DNA of 64,000 nt. Source: an uncultured Gammaproteobacteria bacterium (lineage in GTDB: Bacteria > Patescibacteriota > Patescibacteriia > Patescibacteriales > UBA12465). Position 1 is the stretch's first letter. Every line of letters begins with the position of its first letter. A program made the translations under genes and the position numbers. This document shows positions 10,142 through 19,882 of this stretch, one piece after another. The notes beneath the pieces were generated by a model. It saw only the letters and a program-made list of their open reading frames with translations. It made no database searches and was not told the origin of the DNA. The stretch lies in contig CAZXEE010000001.1 of the NCBI GenBank assembly GCA_964639785.1, positions 179,832-243,831 of the forward strand, given 5' to 3'.

Positions 10142-11278
10142 TTAATCCCTCAAGCAACGGACAGGAAAGCCATAATTCCGGCTCGAATAATTATACTGTA
10201 TAATATCATCCCTGGATGGTATCATTGCGTAATAAAAAGCGTCATAGTTTCCACTAGTTCTTGTTATCCAGTAAATGGCATGTTGGTTAATATACATAAA
10301 TCCCCCGCTGCTAAAGCGATCTCCGGCTGCCAAAGCGCTGAAGGTTGAGGTGCTGATTGTTTGGAGTGTGGCTCCGGCTGGGGAACATTCCCAGTTGTTG
10401 ACTCGATTTTCATTACAAGTATTAGTGGCTAATCCTAATTCTAATTCATGCCAGTCTGATTGGCTAGGTATGTGCCAGCCAGTCGGACAGATACCTTGAT
10501 GTTTTTCGTTGATAGTATAGGTTGTTTCCGTGCCGCAATTACTGCTACCGCTGGAAAAATCGCCATATCCGCATTGATAAGGGAAGCCCATCATTTCAGT
10601 CCATTCATATAGCCCGCCATAAGTATTGCAGTTATTAGCATCATCTTGATAGCAATATTTTTCAATGATGTCAGGGTTGACCTGGCATGACCAGTAACCA
10701 GCGGTGATATTGTGGCAAGGTGGTTCGGAACTGACGCCACTAACCATTGTTCCAACATCCAGGTTTTCTCTTAACCAGCATTGGTTATTAATTTGGACAG
10801 TGTGGTAGGTTTTATTTTGGTATAAAACATTATCCTGGCCGCAAACGAAGCATTCCCCGTCTGATATGCCTTGAGGGGTGGCGCATTTTTTCCCGGCTGT
10901 CAGGTTTCCGGCGGCGTTAGATAAGCAGAAATCTATCTTATATCCGGTTCCGTCGTTTTCGTAATAATAGTCGCTATCCGGGCAGTCGCCGTCATTTCTG
11001 GGATCGGGATTACTAGGAATCCGAGCCATGTAAGTGCTGGAAGAAGTTGATCCCATTAAAGCCTGCCCAACAGTAATGGAGCTGGGATAACTCTTTTCAG
11101 CTGCGCGATATAATTCTAGGGCTGATTGGATCTGCTTAATATCAGAAATCCTAATGGCATTTCGACTATTCTGCCGAATGCTATTTAAAGAGACAGCTGA
11201 CAATGTGGCGATGACCCCGATTATTCCCAAGACGATTACTATCTCGATTAGGGTAAAACCGGCTTTATTATTTTTCAT
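10142..11278 (-). CDS. Prepilin-type N-terminal signal + FISUMP (Fibrobacter succinogenes major paralogous) lectin-like domain protein
   Basis: N-terminus KAGFTLIEIVIVLGIIGV (class III signal). C-terminal motifs CWLRENLDVG, YGGLYEW, GICPTGWHIPS, GFPVRCLRD typical of TIGR02145-type domains. Confidence 0.8.
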   Translation of the reverse strand: MKNNKAGFTLIEIVIVLGIIGVIATLSAVSLNSIRQNSRNAIRISDIKQIQSALELYRAAEKSYPSSITVGQALMGSTSSSTYMARIPSNPDPRNDGDCPDSDYYYENDGTGYKIDFCLSNAAGNLTAGKKCATPQGISDGECFVCGQDNVLYQNKTYHTVQINNQCWLRENLDVGTMVSGVSSEPPCHNITAGYWSCQVNPDIIEKYCYQDDANNCNTYGGLYEWTEMMGFPYQCGYGDFSSGSSNCGTETTYTINEKHQGICPTGWHIPSQSDWHELELGLATNTCNENRVNNWECSPAGATLQTISTSTFSALAAGDRFSSGGFMYINQHAIYWITRTSGNYDAFYYAMIPSRDDIIQYNYSSRNYGFPVRCLRD

Positions 11279-11299
11279 ATTTTGACTTGGTTAAAATTT

Positions 11300-12487
11300 C
11301 TAATCCTTGATACATCGGACCGAAAATCCAGCTACGTTAGTGCCTGTTACTGAGGGAACGTTAGCAATAGTAGCTTCAAGATCAAGGACGGTTGAAGATT
11401 CTTCGGATGTTAATGATGATGTCCAAGTGATGTTATATCCGTTTAATCCAAAGAAAGATCCATTAATAGCTCTAATTCCAGCTGGTAGGGCGGTAAATCC
11501 AGAGCTATCGCAAGTGGCTGTTGGTGAACTGCCATTATCACAAGTAGCTTGGCTCCAGTGGGCAGTTCCAGCTTCTTTTAATTTTCCACCGGCATCATTT
11601 ACATCGCCGGATCCACCTTGCCCATCAACTGATACGTAATTGATTAGGGTAGTTAATTCATCACTGCTTGGAATATGCCAACCGGTAGGGCAAATACCCT
11701 GTGCGGGGGTTGCGACAGGATCAGGGTGATTGCATTCGGGAAATAAATTTGAACTGCAGGTATTGCCGTTGCAGACAAAAAAAGCACGGTTGCATTGATA
11801 TGGAAGATTCATGGTTTCGGCCCACTCATATAGACCGCCATAGGTATTACAATTTGAAGAGCTGTCGGAATAACAATATTTCTCAATAGTGTCCGGGTCC
11901 ATTTGGCAAGACCAAGTACCAGTTCCAACGTCTTGGCAGGGAGCAGCGCCATAGCTAGGAATCATCGTTCCAACATTGAGATTGTCTTTGAACCAGCATT
12001 GGTTTCCAATTAGCACGGTTCGATAACTTTGGTCATTGTAGTATACTGAGCTGGATCCACATTCAAAGCAAGCCCCGTCATTTATCCCTTGCGGCTTGGC
12101 ACATTTGCTGCCAGCATCCATCTGATTGGTCGTCTCTGATATGCAGAAATCGATGGAATAGGAGTTGCCATTTTTGGAGTAGGTATATTCGCCGTCTGGG
12201 CAATTCCCGTCGTTTCGAGGAGCGGGATTTTGAGGAATGGTGGCGATATAGATAGCGTGAGAACTGGAGCCAACCAGGCTCTGGCCCGGGGTCAAAGAAT
12301 CGGGATAGGCGCCTTCATTACGGTAATAGTCTTCCAGAGATTTTTGCAGCAGTTTGATATCGGCAATTCTTTGGGTGTCGCGGGCTTTCTGTCGGACATT
12401 GCTAAAGGAAACGAAAGAGACTGAGATGATAATCCCTATGATGGCGATAGCGATAAGAAGTTCGATGAGCGTGAAAGCTTTTTTCAT
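11300..12487 (-). CDS. Prepilin-type N-terminal signal + FISUMP lectin-like domain protein (paralog)
   Basis: N-terminus KKAFTLIELLIAIAIIGI, then CWFKDNLNVG, YGGLYEW, GICPTGWHIPS, GFSVRCIKD. Start lies 1 nt after the gatB stop. Confidence 0.8.
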   Translation of the reverse strand: MKKAFTLIELLIAIAIIGIIISVSFVSFSNVRQKARDTQRIADIKLLQKSLEDYYRNEGAYPDSLTPGQSLVGSSSHAIYIATIPQNPAPRNDGNCPDGEYTYSKNGNSYSIDFCISETTNQMDAGSKCAKPQGINDGACFECGSSSVYYNDQSYRTVLIGNQCWFKDNLNVGTMIPSYGAAPCQDVGTGTWSCQMDPDTIEKYCYSDSSSNCNTYGGLYEWAETMNLPYQCNRAFFVCNGNTCSSNLFPECNHPDPVATPAQGICPTGWHIPSSDELTTLINYVSVDGQGGSGDVNDAGGKLKEAGTAHWSQATCDNGSSPTATCDSSGFTALPAGIRAINGSFFGLNGYNITWTSSLTSEESSTVLDLEATIANVPSVTGTNVAGFSVRCIKD

Positions 12488-12488
12488 C

Positions 12489-14003
12489 TTATTGGCTTAA
12501 TATCTTTTTTAATTCTTCAATCAATGTCTTGGGGTTAGCTTTGCCCTTGGTTTCAGCCATTACTTGTCCGACAAAGAATTGTAGTAGGGCGGTCTTGCCG
12601 CTCTTGTAGGCGGCAGTCTGGTCTGGGTTAGAGGCGATCACTTTATTGATAGCTTCAGCCAGTTCTTCGGAGTTGTCTAATTGTTCCAGTCCCAAATCTT
12701 TCATAATTTGGATCGGAGAACCGCCCTTATCAGCCATGACAGCCAAGATCTTCTGTCCAGCGGAAGAATTGACCTTGTCTTGGAAGAGCAAGGTAATCAA
12801 TTCAGCGAAATTTTCAGCGCTGACCTTATTATCAGCCTTCAATTGGTTGAAGTTGTTTATCGGATAATATTTAAAGAGTTCGCTGCTTAGCCAGTTAGCG
12901 GCTGAAGTAGATAGTTTCTGGTTTTGCCTTTCGAAATCATCGCCATTAGCTTCTATCCAAGCCCTCAACTCTGAGATAACTTCTTCGTACCAATTAGCCA
13001 GGAATTTATCGCTCACTAAAAGGTCTGCCAAATCGGCTGTCAGGCCGTATTCATTTTGGAAGCGGCGGGATTTATCGTCGGGTAATTCGATTAAGGTTGA
13101 TTTGATATCATCAATCATCTCTTGGCTGATTTGGAGCGGAGGGATATCAGGCTCGGGAAAATAGCGGTAGTCGGCCGAGCTTTCTTTCTTACGCTGGGAA
13201 ATGGTCTTGTTCTGGCTATCGCTCCAGCCTCGAGTTTCGACTTCAATCTCCTCGCCTTTATCCAATAACTCGGTTTGTCGGGCGACTTCAAAATTAATCG
13301 CTTTTTCCACCGATTTAAAGGAATTGATATTCTTTATCTCTACTTTTGGATTCAGTTTTTCTGATCCGGTCGGGAGGATCTGCCCATCTTCATATTTCCA
13401 TGATCCCGGCACTTGCAGGCTGATATTGGCTTCACAGCGCATCTGGCCCTTTTCCATGTCGGCATCGCTGATATTGAGATAGCGTAATATCTGCTGGTAT
13501 TTCTGGCAGAACTTCTTGGCGGCAGCCGCATCTTTGATTACCGGCTCGGTCACCATCTCGATGAGTGGCGTACCGGATCGGTTATAGTCGATTAGTGTAT
13601 AGTTTTCTTTTTCCGGATGGGTTAGTTTCCCAGTGTCTTCTTCTAGGTGGATCCGAGTAATATCGATTTTTTCATTGTCGACTTCTAATTGGGCATTGTA
13701 GATCAGCGGCAGGTCATATTGGGAAATCTGGTAGCCTTTAGGAAGATCGGGATAGAAATAGTTTTTGCGGTCGAATTTGGATATCCGGTTGATTGATCCG
13801 TCCAAGGCCAAGCCTAACTTGATGATCATATTGACCGCTTCCTGGTTCAAGACTGGAAGAGTGCCGGGATGGCCAAGGCAAATCGGGCAGACAGCCGTAT
13901 TGGGCTCTTTGCCTAAAGGATTATTATGGCAACGGCAGAACATCTTGCTGGCCGTCTTTAATTCGGCGTGGATTTCCAGGCCGATAATGATATCGTAAGT
14001 CAT
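12489..14003 (-). CDS. gatB: Asp/Glu-tRNA(Asn/Gln) amidotransferase subunit B
   Basis: 504 aa. GLEIHAEL, CPICLGHPGTLP, YFYPDLPKGYQISQ, C-terminal YqeY-like tail. Confidence 0.92.
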   Translation of the reverse strand: MTYDIIIGLEIHAELKTASKMFCRCHNNPLGKEPNTAVCPICLGHPGTLPVLNQEAVNMIIKLGLALDGSINRISKFDRKNYFYPDLPKGYQISQYDLPLIYNAQLEVDNEKIDITRIHLEEDTGKLTHPEKENYTLIDYNRSGTPLIEMVTEPVIKDAAAAKKFCQKYQQILRYLNISDADMEKGQMRCEANISLQVPGSWKYEDGQILPTGSEKLNPKVEIKNINSFKSVEKAINFEVARQTELLDKGEEIEVETRGWSDSQNKTISQRKKESSADYRYFPEPDIPPLQISQEMIDDIKSTLIELPDDKSRRFQNEYGLTADLADLLVSDKFLANWYEEVISELRAWIEANGDDFERQNQKLSTSAANWLSSELFKYYPINNFNQLKADNKVSAENFAELITLLFQDKVNSSAGQKILAVMADKGGSPIQIMKDLGLEQLDNSEELAEAINKVIASNPDQTAAYKSGKTALLQFFVGQVMAETKGKANPKTLIEELKKILSQ

Positions 14004-14077
14004 ATTAAGATACTTTTATTTTATCAGAAGAAAACCTTAAAAGCAATAAAAAAGGCTGGTTTTATCCAGCCTTTGGG

Positions 14078-14872
14078 TTATTCATAGAATGAAAAAGCGT
14101 AGTTTATGTAGAATTCCTCGGCTTTTTGCAGAGTGGTTAGTCTTAGATAGGGCAGGTACCTGGTTATCAGGCTCTCTTTGCCGTCGGCATAGAAGGATAT
14201 GGCCGAATTGCTAATGGTATTGCAAGTAAATTCTTCCGGAAAGGGCAAACAGATTACTTCAGCGATATTCTGACGGATAATTACTCCGCAGACTATTTGA
14301 GAATTTTTGCTCGTTTCGTCGTTGCTGAATAATGAGAATTCATTCTTGTCGACCGGAGTCAGGATGACGCCGTCCGGTTCGTAGTATCCGCTTAGGTATA
14401 AGCTGGCTATCGCCTGGAAGATGATGAATGACTCTAGAGTTTTGGTATCCTTGGGCAGGTCTTTCTTTAGGCTGTTCAGGTCACCATTGCTTTCGCCTCC
14501 TTCCGGAATGTTGATCAATCGATAACCTGTCGGACATTGGACCGTTGAATAAAAATCTAGGTTGCGATAAAACTTTTTTAAATCTGCAGTGCTGAGATCG
14601 AAGATTGGAATCAGAAAAATATTGTAATATCCGCTAGCGTTCAGTGCGGCGGCTTTTTGGATCAGTTTTATATCCGGCAAAGTAGTATCGGAAAATAGCT
14701 CGACTTTGACGCCGATCTTTTTCCAGGATTCAACTACTGTCTGCCTGCTGATAATCCGATTTTCACCTAATATTTTTTCTGCTTGGTCGAAGCTGGTTTT
14801 GGCGGGTCTCTTTCCTTGGACGATAGATAGCCCGGCTATCATTATCCATAATAGAATTAAGGCTTTTTTCAT
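14078..14872 (-). CDS. Secreted hypothetical protein (paralog A)
   Basis: 264 aa with signal peptide MKKALILLWIMIAGLSIVQG. Shares AEKILGENR / FLIPI / YRLINIP blocks with the 279-aa neighbour. Confidence 0.6.
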   Translation of the reverse strand: MKKALILLWIMIAGLSIVQGKRPAKTSFDQAEKILGENRIISRQTVVESWKKIGVKVELFSDTTLPDIKLIQKAAALNASGYYNIFLIPIFDLSTADLKKFYRNLDFYSTVQCPTGYRLINIPEGGESNGDLNSLKKDLPKDTKTLESFIIFQAIASLYLSGYYEPDGVILTPVDKNEFSLFSNDETSKNSQIVCGVIIRQNIAEVICLPFPEEFTCNTISNSAISFYADGKESLITRYLPYLRLTTLQKAEEFYINYAFSFYE

Positions 14873-15004
14873 TGCTATTATTATGTTGGTTGATTTTTAA
14901 AGGACGATATTTTAATCTGGTACTATATAATGATTTTGCTCATTTGTCAATGCTAAGAGTAATAAAAAAGAGCTTCTGAGAGAAGCCCTTTTAATTTTTT
15001 TGCT

Positions 15005-15844
15005 TTAGAAATTTGGGAAATCCGGCTTGACCATTAGAATAGCTCCAACCTCATATGATTTTTCTTGCTGTATGCAGGAGATGTTTTTGAGCGGTGCCAT
15101 GTTCAGGCCATAGACTTCATCGTTTTCGAGTGCCAAGAAAGTTAGGCATTCCTTGGTTATCGTTCCGGGAGTAAAATCTCGTTCTGGAAAATAAGTTACC
15201 AAGGTTTCGCGGCAGCTGTCTTCGATGTTTGAGGCGTAAGCCAAGATCAATTCGCCGTTAAAATTACTGATACTTTGAGGCGGCTTGTCTCTGGTGATGA
15301 TGAGCCAGCTCCAGTTGGAGAAAAAATTATTTCCGGTAGCCATCGATAAGGTGGCGACAACTTCGAAATAATCCGGCGGGGACATCAAGTCCATCGCATC
15401 GATTCTCTTGTCGGTATAGCCGAAAAGATCAACGAATCCCCATTCTATTTCCCGGTCGCTTGCTCCGCTTAACGGGTTTGGCATCTTTAGGTTTACCAAA
15501 CGGTAGCTGGCGGTAATCCTGGGAGGTAGATAGCTGGGCGGTTCATAATTTTTCCAGAATTTTTTCAGTATCGTATCCTCTAAGGCCATAATCGGAAGGA
15601 GATAGAAATTAGCTCTTCCTTTCTGGTTTTCCGTGGCGCACCATCTGATGGTGGCTTCGGTATAGGGGATTGATAATGGCGGACAGTTTATGCCTGAGTC
15701 TATCTTGAGCCAGGCACTCATCGCTTGTTCTTGCATGAGGAAACGGTTTCCCAGTATTTCTTTAGCGGTTTCCGGACTGACTTGCGGCTGAGCCGTCAGG
15801 GTCAGGCCAAGGAACCACAGGGTAAAAAGGACAATGGGTTTCAT
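15005..15844 (-). CDS. Secreted hypothetical protein (paralog B)
   Basis: 279 aa with signal peptide MKPIVLFTLWFLGLTLTAQ. AKEILGNRF / YLLPIM / YRLVNLK blocks parallel paralog A. Confidence 0.6.
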   Translation of the reverse strand: MKPIVLFTLWFLGLTLTAQPQVSPETAKEILGNRFLMQEQAMSAWLKIDSGINCPPLSIPYTEATIRWCATENQKGRANFYLLPIMALEDTILKKFWKNYEPPSYLPPRITASYRLVNLKMPNPLSGASDREIEWGFVDLFGYTDKRIDAMDLMSPPDYFEVVATLSMATGNNFFSNWSWLIITRDKPPQSISNFNGELILAYASNIEDSCRETLVTYFPERDFTPGTITKECLTFLALENDEVYGLNMAPLKNISCIQQEKSYEVGAILMVKPDFPNF

Positions 15845-15993
15845 GATATATTCCTTTCTGTCTTCGGTTTTTATTTGTATTGATTATTAATGACTATATC
15901 ATAATTATTTTATTTTGTCAATTGAGTTATGCACCGCCATTTAAAGAAAAAACCGGCTTTTGGCCGGTTTTTTCTTTGATATTAGGGATATTA

Positions 15994-17826
15994 TTAGGTT
16001 TCCATGGTGATGGTCTGTCCGTTTGGAGTGACAAAATTCTTTACTTTGAATTCTGTGTTTTCTAGGTCTTCTAATTGCTTCTCCAGCTTTTCTAAGCGTT
16101 CCTTGGCAATCTTGCGGAATTCGCTCCGGAGCTCTTTGTTCTCGATCTGCTTTTTGGAAGTTTCAATGTCTTTGTTGATCTTATCCAATTTTTTCTGGTA
16201 TAGGTCGTTAAAATTCTTGCTGACCTCCTCCAGGGAAACTTTCAGGACTTGCTGGTTGTCATCATATCCGAGGTTGAAATAAACCTTGATGCCCTTCGTT
16301 TGGGAATTGATTAGTAGCTTTTCCAGCTCAGCTTTAGTTGTCTGGACAGCTTCATCGGTGTTGATAATGAGTAATTTGCTTTCCATCATCTTGTCGCCGC
16401 TCATGTCGAAATTTTCTATAGCCTGGTCAGCTACAAAGATTGATCTTTCATGAGCGCTGCCGCCAGTCGGCATACCCTTTATGATTTCTCCGGCTTGCTT
16501 AAAGTTATCGGTGGCTGACATGTTATTCAGCTTGTCGGAGAAAGTGGCTACTTTGATATTAGCTTCTTTATCGACGGTTTGTAGTTGGCCGCCCATGTAA
16601 TTCTTGGAATCAAGCATAGACGGGCTATTGTCGACCAAGATGATAGTCTGGTCGTATTCAGATATTAGGGTTAAATCTTTCTTGACCATATTCGTACTGG
16701 TACTTATCTCGATGGTCGTTGTCTTGGTTGGAATCGGCTGTATTTCTTCATTGGCTTGGGCCATCAAGTTAATCTTGATGTAGCGGCATTCTCTCAAGAG
16801 GTCATGGTACTTGGTCAGGTTGGTTTTCTTCATCTCGTTGACTTCCTTATCGGTGTAGTTCTTGCCGGTGTCAGGATTGGTTAGGTCGGTGATATGGGTG
16901 ACGCCATCTTCTGGAACGCCATGCTTGAATTCCTTGCCTTGCAGTTTCTTGATCTCTTCCTGGCTTAGGTCTGAATTAGAGAAATCATGGCTTTCCAGTT
17001 CTGATTTCATGATTTTTTCGGCAGCGGCGATGCGAGCTTCGGTTAGTTCCAGATTGCCGCCTTTCCAGGTACTGGTTGGACGTTCATCGCTGGAGCCGTA
17101 TATTTTGAAATCCAGTTGCAAAACCTTGTCGATATTTTTCGAATTTACTTGGTCCAAGAAAGCCTTGAAATCAGCTTTGATTTCATTAGCATCAGCTTCG
17201 GAGATGAGGGCCTGGTCAGTCTCATAGCTGTTGGTTAGGTCCATAACGGCCATATTTTCCATACTTGGCGGGGTGTCGAGGTGATAGGCTGCTTTTTCCG
17301 TGTCATCGCCGCCTTCATAAGTTTTTTCTGTTTTGTGCTTGGCATCGCCGCCATCTTTAACTGGAGCTTCATGGGCCTGGCTGTGAGGGGCGAATTTCAA
17401 GAAGAGCAGCAGGGTGACGAAAGCAACTTTGCTGGCTGGCTTGCGCAAGAATTCTTTGAACTTGTTGCCTTTGTAAGTGTCATTCAGTTCGCCATTCAAT
17501 ATCTGGGAGATGTTTTCATGCAAATTCTTGACGTCTTTTTCTTTGATGTTCTCGCCGCCGTTGATATATTCCATAAAATCGCCGACATTCATCTGCATGA
17601 TATTTTCCAAGACTTTTTCGTCCAGCTTCAAGCCCTGGGCTTCCATTTTGCCCATAGCTTCCTTTAAGTCGTCTAAGCGCTCGGTAAAATTCTGCGGTTC
17701 GGTTTCGGCTTGGTCTTTCTTGATTTCGGAAATAGTTTCCGGCTTAGTTATCGGGGTTTCTACTGCCTCCACTTTAGGGGTAATATTTTCCGCTTTGTGG
17801 TTGTTAAAAAATTTGAATAGTCCCAT
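15994..17826 (-). CDS. Single-pass membrane protein with OmpA-like segment and vWA-like domain, C-terminal coiled coil
   Basis: 610 aa. TM helix VAFVTLLLFLKF; FKIYGSSDERP...NLELTEARIAAAEKI (OmpA-like); MIDAS-like ILVDNSPSM ... GGSAHE ... INTDEA. Confidence 0.55.
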   Translation of the reverse strand: MGLFKFFNNHKAENITPKVEAVETPITKPETISEIKKDQAETEPQNFTERLDDLKEAMGKMEAQGLKLDEKVLENIMQMNVGDFMEYINGGENIKEKDVKNLHENISQILNGELNDTYKGNKFKEFLRKPASKVAFVTLLLFLKFAPHSQAHEAPVKDGGDAKHKTEKTYEGGDDTEKAAYHLDTPPSMENMAVMDLTNSYETDQALISEADANEIKADFKAFLDQVNSKNIDKVLQLDFKIYGSSDERPTSTWKGGNLELTEARIAAAEKIMKSELESHDFSNSDLSQEEIKKLQGKEFKHGVPEDGVTHITDLTNPDTGKNYTDKEVNEMKKTNLTKYHDLLRECRYIKINLMAQANEEIQPIPTKTTTIEISTSTNMVKKDLTLISEYDQTIILVDNSPSMLDSKNYMGGQLQTVDKEANIKVATFSDKLNNMSATDNFKQAGEIIKGMPTGGSAHERSIFVADQAIENFDMSGDKMMESKLLIINTDEAVQTTKAELEKLLINSQTKGIKVYFNLGYDDNQQVLKVSLEEVSKNFNDLYQKKLDKINKDIETSKKQIENKELRSEFRKIAKERLEKLEKQLEDLENTEFKVKNFVTPNGQTITMET

Positions 17827-17843
17827 ATGTTTTTAGTTAATAT

Positions 17844-18179
17844 TTAGCTTTGGGGGCTAAATAATTTCATGAAATTATTTAAAAGCTCTTCTGTTGTTTG
17901 GTTGGTGGCGGCAGTTATCAGTTCGGATCTTTTTTCTGGCGGGGTCTGATCCAGTTGCTCTAAAAGCGGGATTATTCTGGATTCGTCTTCCTTGGCGGCT
18001 AGGACGGTTAGGTATTTATTGAAATCGATATAGATCATAGTGCGGATCTGGAGTTCCCGGCTGAGATTAATCGGTTTATCTTCCAGCAAAGCCCTGATCT
18101 TCTTATCCAATTCTATCAATATCGGATGGTTGAAATCCAAGAAGGGGATGAAGGGGGTAAAATTATTATTTTCAGTCAT
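17844..18179 (-). CDS. Hypothetical protein
   Basis: 111-aa ORF directly upstream of and co-oriented with the vWA gene. No domain recognised. Confidence 0.45.
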   Translation of the reverse strand: MTENNNFTPFIPFLDFNHPILIELDKKIRALLEDKPINLSRELQIRTMIYIDFNKYLTVLAAKEDESRIIPLLEQLDQTPPEKRSELITAATNQTTEELLNNFMKLFSPQS

Positions 18180-18257
18180 ATTTTTTGATAAGTTGCTGAT
18201 AATTATAGCACAAAACTAGGAAAAAATCAAAAAAGAGGTTTTTAGCCTCTTTTTGAT

Positions 18258-18947
18258 TTAGGAATTGATGATTTTCAGGGAATTTTCCAGGATCATTCCA
18301 TGGATTTCTTCGATGCTCATTATCTGCCCATCTTTCATGCATTCGACCATGACGAAGTCATCGAAGGTCTGGGCGATTTCAGTATAGACATCAACGGCAC
18401 TCTTCAGGTGATTGATGTCGGATTCATGGATGTCTCTCTTTTCTCCGCCGACGTAATCGCGGTGACCTTTCTTGTCGACTAATTTTTGTCCGACTTCGGC
18501 ATTGACGTGGAGGATAATATTGATATCAGGACGAGGGATACAGAAGATGTCATATTCTAATTCATGGAGCCATTTGAAATAGATCTGTCTTTCGATGTCG
18601 TTCTTGATCTTCCCGCCTTGATGGGCCATGTTGGAAGCGACATAACGGTTGGAGAGCACTATCTTGCCTTCCTTGAGCCATTCTCTAATCTTGAAGCTGG
18701 CATCATAGCGGTCGATGGCATAGAAGATCGAAGCGCCATATGGTCCGACTTCATCAGCTGTGCCATAGCGGCCATTGAGATATTCTTCGACCATTCCGGC
18801 TGACTTCTGGCCATATTGGGGAAAGTCGATGATCTCGATCTGGTAGCCCATGGCACTTAATTTCTCAGCTAAGAGTTTTAGCTGGGTAGCTTTGCCTGAA
18901 CCGTCACCGCCATCGATGACGATCATCTTGCCGTGTCTTTTTTCCAT
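18258..18947 (-). CDS. tmk: Thymidylate (dTMP) kinase
   Basis: 229 aa. P-loop IVIDGGDGSGKATQ, DRY motif region, LID-like segment. Confidence 0.9.
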   Translation of the reverse strand: MEKRHGKMIVIDGGDGSGKATQLKLLAEKLSAMGYQIEIIDFPQYGQKSAGMVEEYLNGRYGTADEVGPYGASIFYAIDRYDASFKIREWLKEGKIVLSNRYVASNMAHQGGKIKNDIERQIYFKWLHELEYDIFCIPRPDINIILHVNAEVGQKLVDKKGHRDYVGGEKRDIHESDINHLKSAVDVYTEIAQTFDDFVMVECMKDGQIMSIEEIHGMILENSLKIINS

Positions 18948-18967
18948 AAGATAATGATTATTTGTAA

Positions 18968-19297
18968 TTACCTATTATCTCCATTCCCGCCGAGGACATT
19001 CCTTTGTTGGCGAGATGATAGTTTGTCTAGATTGTCTTGGGCGATCTTTTCCAGCGAAACGCCTAACTCAGTAGCTATCTGGGCCAGATACCAGAGAACG
19101 TCGCCGAGTTCTTTGCCGATTTCTTGGCGGTCCTCATTGCTGATCTGGTTATTCTTGTCTCTGATAATCTTCTTGACCTTGTTGGCTATTTCTCCGGCTT
19201 CTCCTACCAACCCTAGGGTCGGGTAAACGAAATTATTGCCGACATTAGGGTAAATGGCGGTCTTTTTGGCGTCTTGTTGGTAATCAGAAAAGGTCAT
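18968..19297 (-). CDS. MazG-like nucleoside triphosphate pyrophosphohydrolase
   Basis: 109 aa. LGLVGEAGEIANKVKK ... ELGDVLWYLAQIA (EXXE/EXXD helix pair typical of the MazG/YpjD family). Confidence 0.8.
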   Translation of the reverse strand: MTFSDYQQDAKKTAIYPNVGNNFVYPTLGLVGEAGEIANKVKKIIRDKNNQISNEDRQEIGKELGDVLWYLAQIATELGVSLEKIAQDNLDKLSSRQQRNVLGGNGDNR

Positions 19298-19301
19298 CTT
19301 G

Positions 19302-19868
19302 TTAGATATTATGTTTCTTGATGTCGGCGATGATATTGTCGACCTCTGTGTCTAATTCTTGCAAACTGCTTTCATTGATTATTTCGTAGTCGGCGGCGGC
19401 CATGACTTCCGGAATTTGGATCTCAGTTTCTTGTTGCTGGTCTTCTAGGAAGTCAGCGAAAGTCTTTTTGTCATCTCCGATATTCTCATTGCGGGAAACG
19501 ACTCTTTCGTGGCGCAGTTTTTCGTTAGCAACGATCCGGATCAGTTTGAATCCCGGAATAGTTTTCAAGAATTTGATATCAGCTAAGCGGCGGATGCCGT
19601 CGATAACCATGAAAGGAGATTCATCATTTTTGATATCTTCGGCCATAGCGCTGGCTAACAGGTCTTCGCCGAAGTTCTGGCGCAGGATAGTGGAGATGTT
19701 CATCAGGTTTTCTCTGGTGGCTTCAAGATGGAGGCGTTTCAATAGGTCGCGCAGGATAGTGGAGAAGCGGTAGTCGCTGGCGTCGTACTTTTCCATCAAA
19801 TGTTTTTTGATCACGCCTTTACCGCAGGCGATTTGCCCGGTTAGGCCGATGATTATTCTGTTTTCCAT
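19302..19868 (-). CDS. P-loop nucleotide kinase (dephospho-CoA kinase / dNMP kinase-like)
   Basis: 188 aa. Walker A IGLTGQIACGKG. Lies between the mazG-like and thyX-like genes. Substrate not assignable by eye. Confidence 0.6.
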   Translation of the reverse strand: MENRIIIGLTGQIACGKGVIKKHLMEKYDASDYRFSTILRDLLKRLHLEATRENLMNISTILRQNFGEDLLASAMAEDIKNDESPFMVIDGIRRLADIKFLKTIPGFKLIRIVANEKLRHERVVSRNENIGDDKKTFADFLEDQQQETEIQIPEVMAAADYEIINESSLQELDTEVDNIIADIKKHNI

Positions 19869-19882
19869 AGTTGTATATAAAT

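Noticed and set aside
10142-10330. C-termini of the two other FISUMP genes as extra VRs of the same TR
   Set aside because: I reverse-complemented 10142-10330 and compared it with 43258-43434. Only family-level codon similarity appears (for example ...GTCCGTTGCTTGAGGGAT vs GTGCGTTGTCTTCAGGAC). There is no long identical backbone with A-specific differences.
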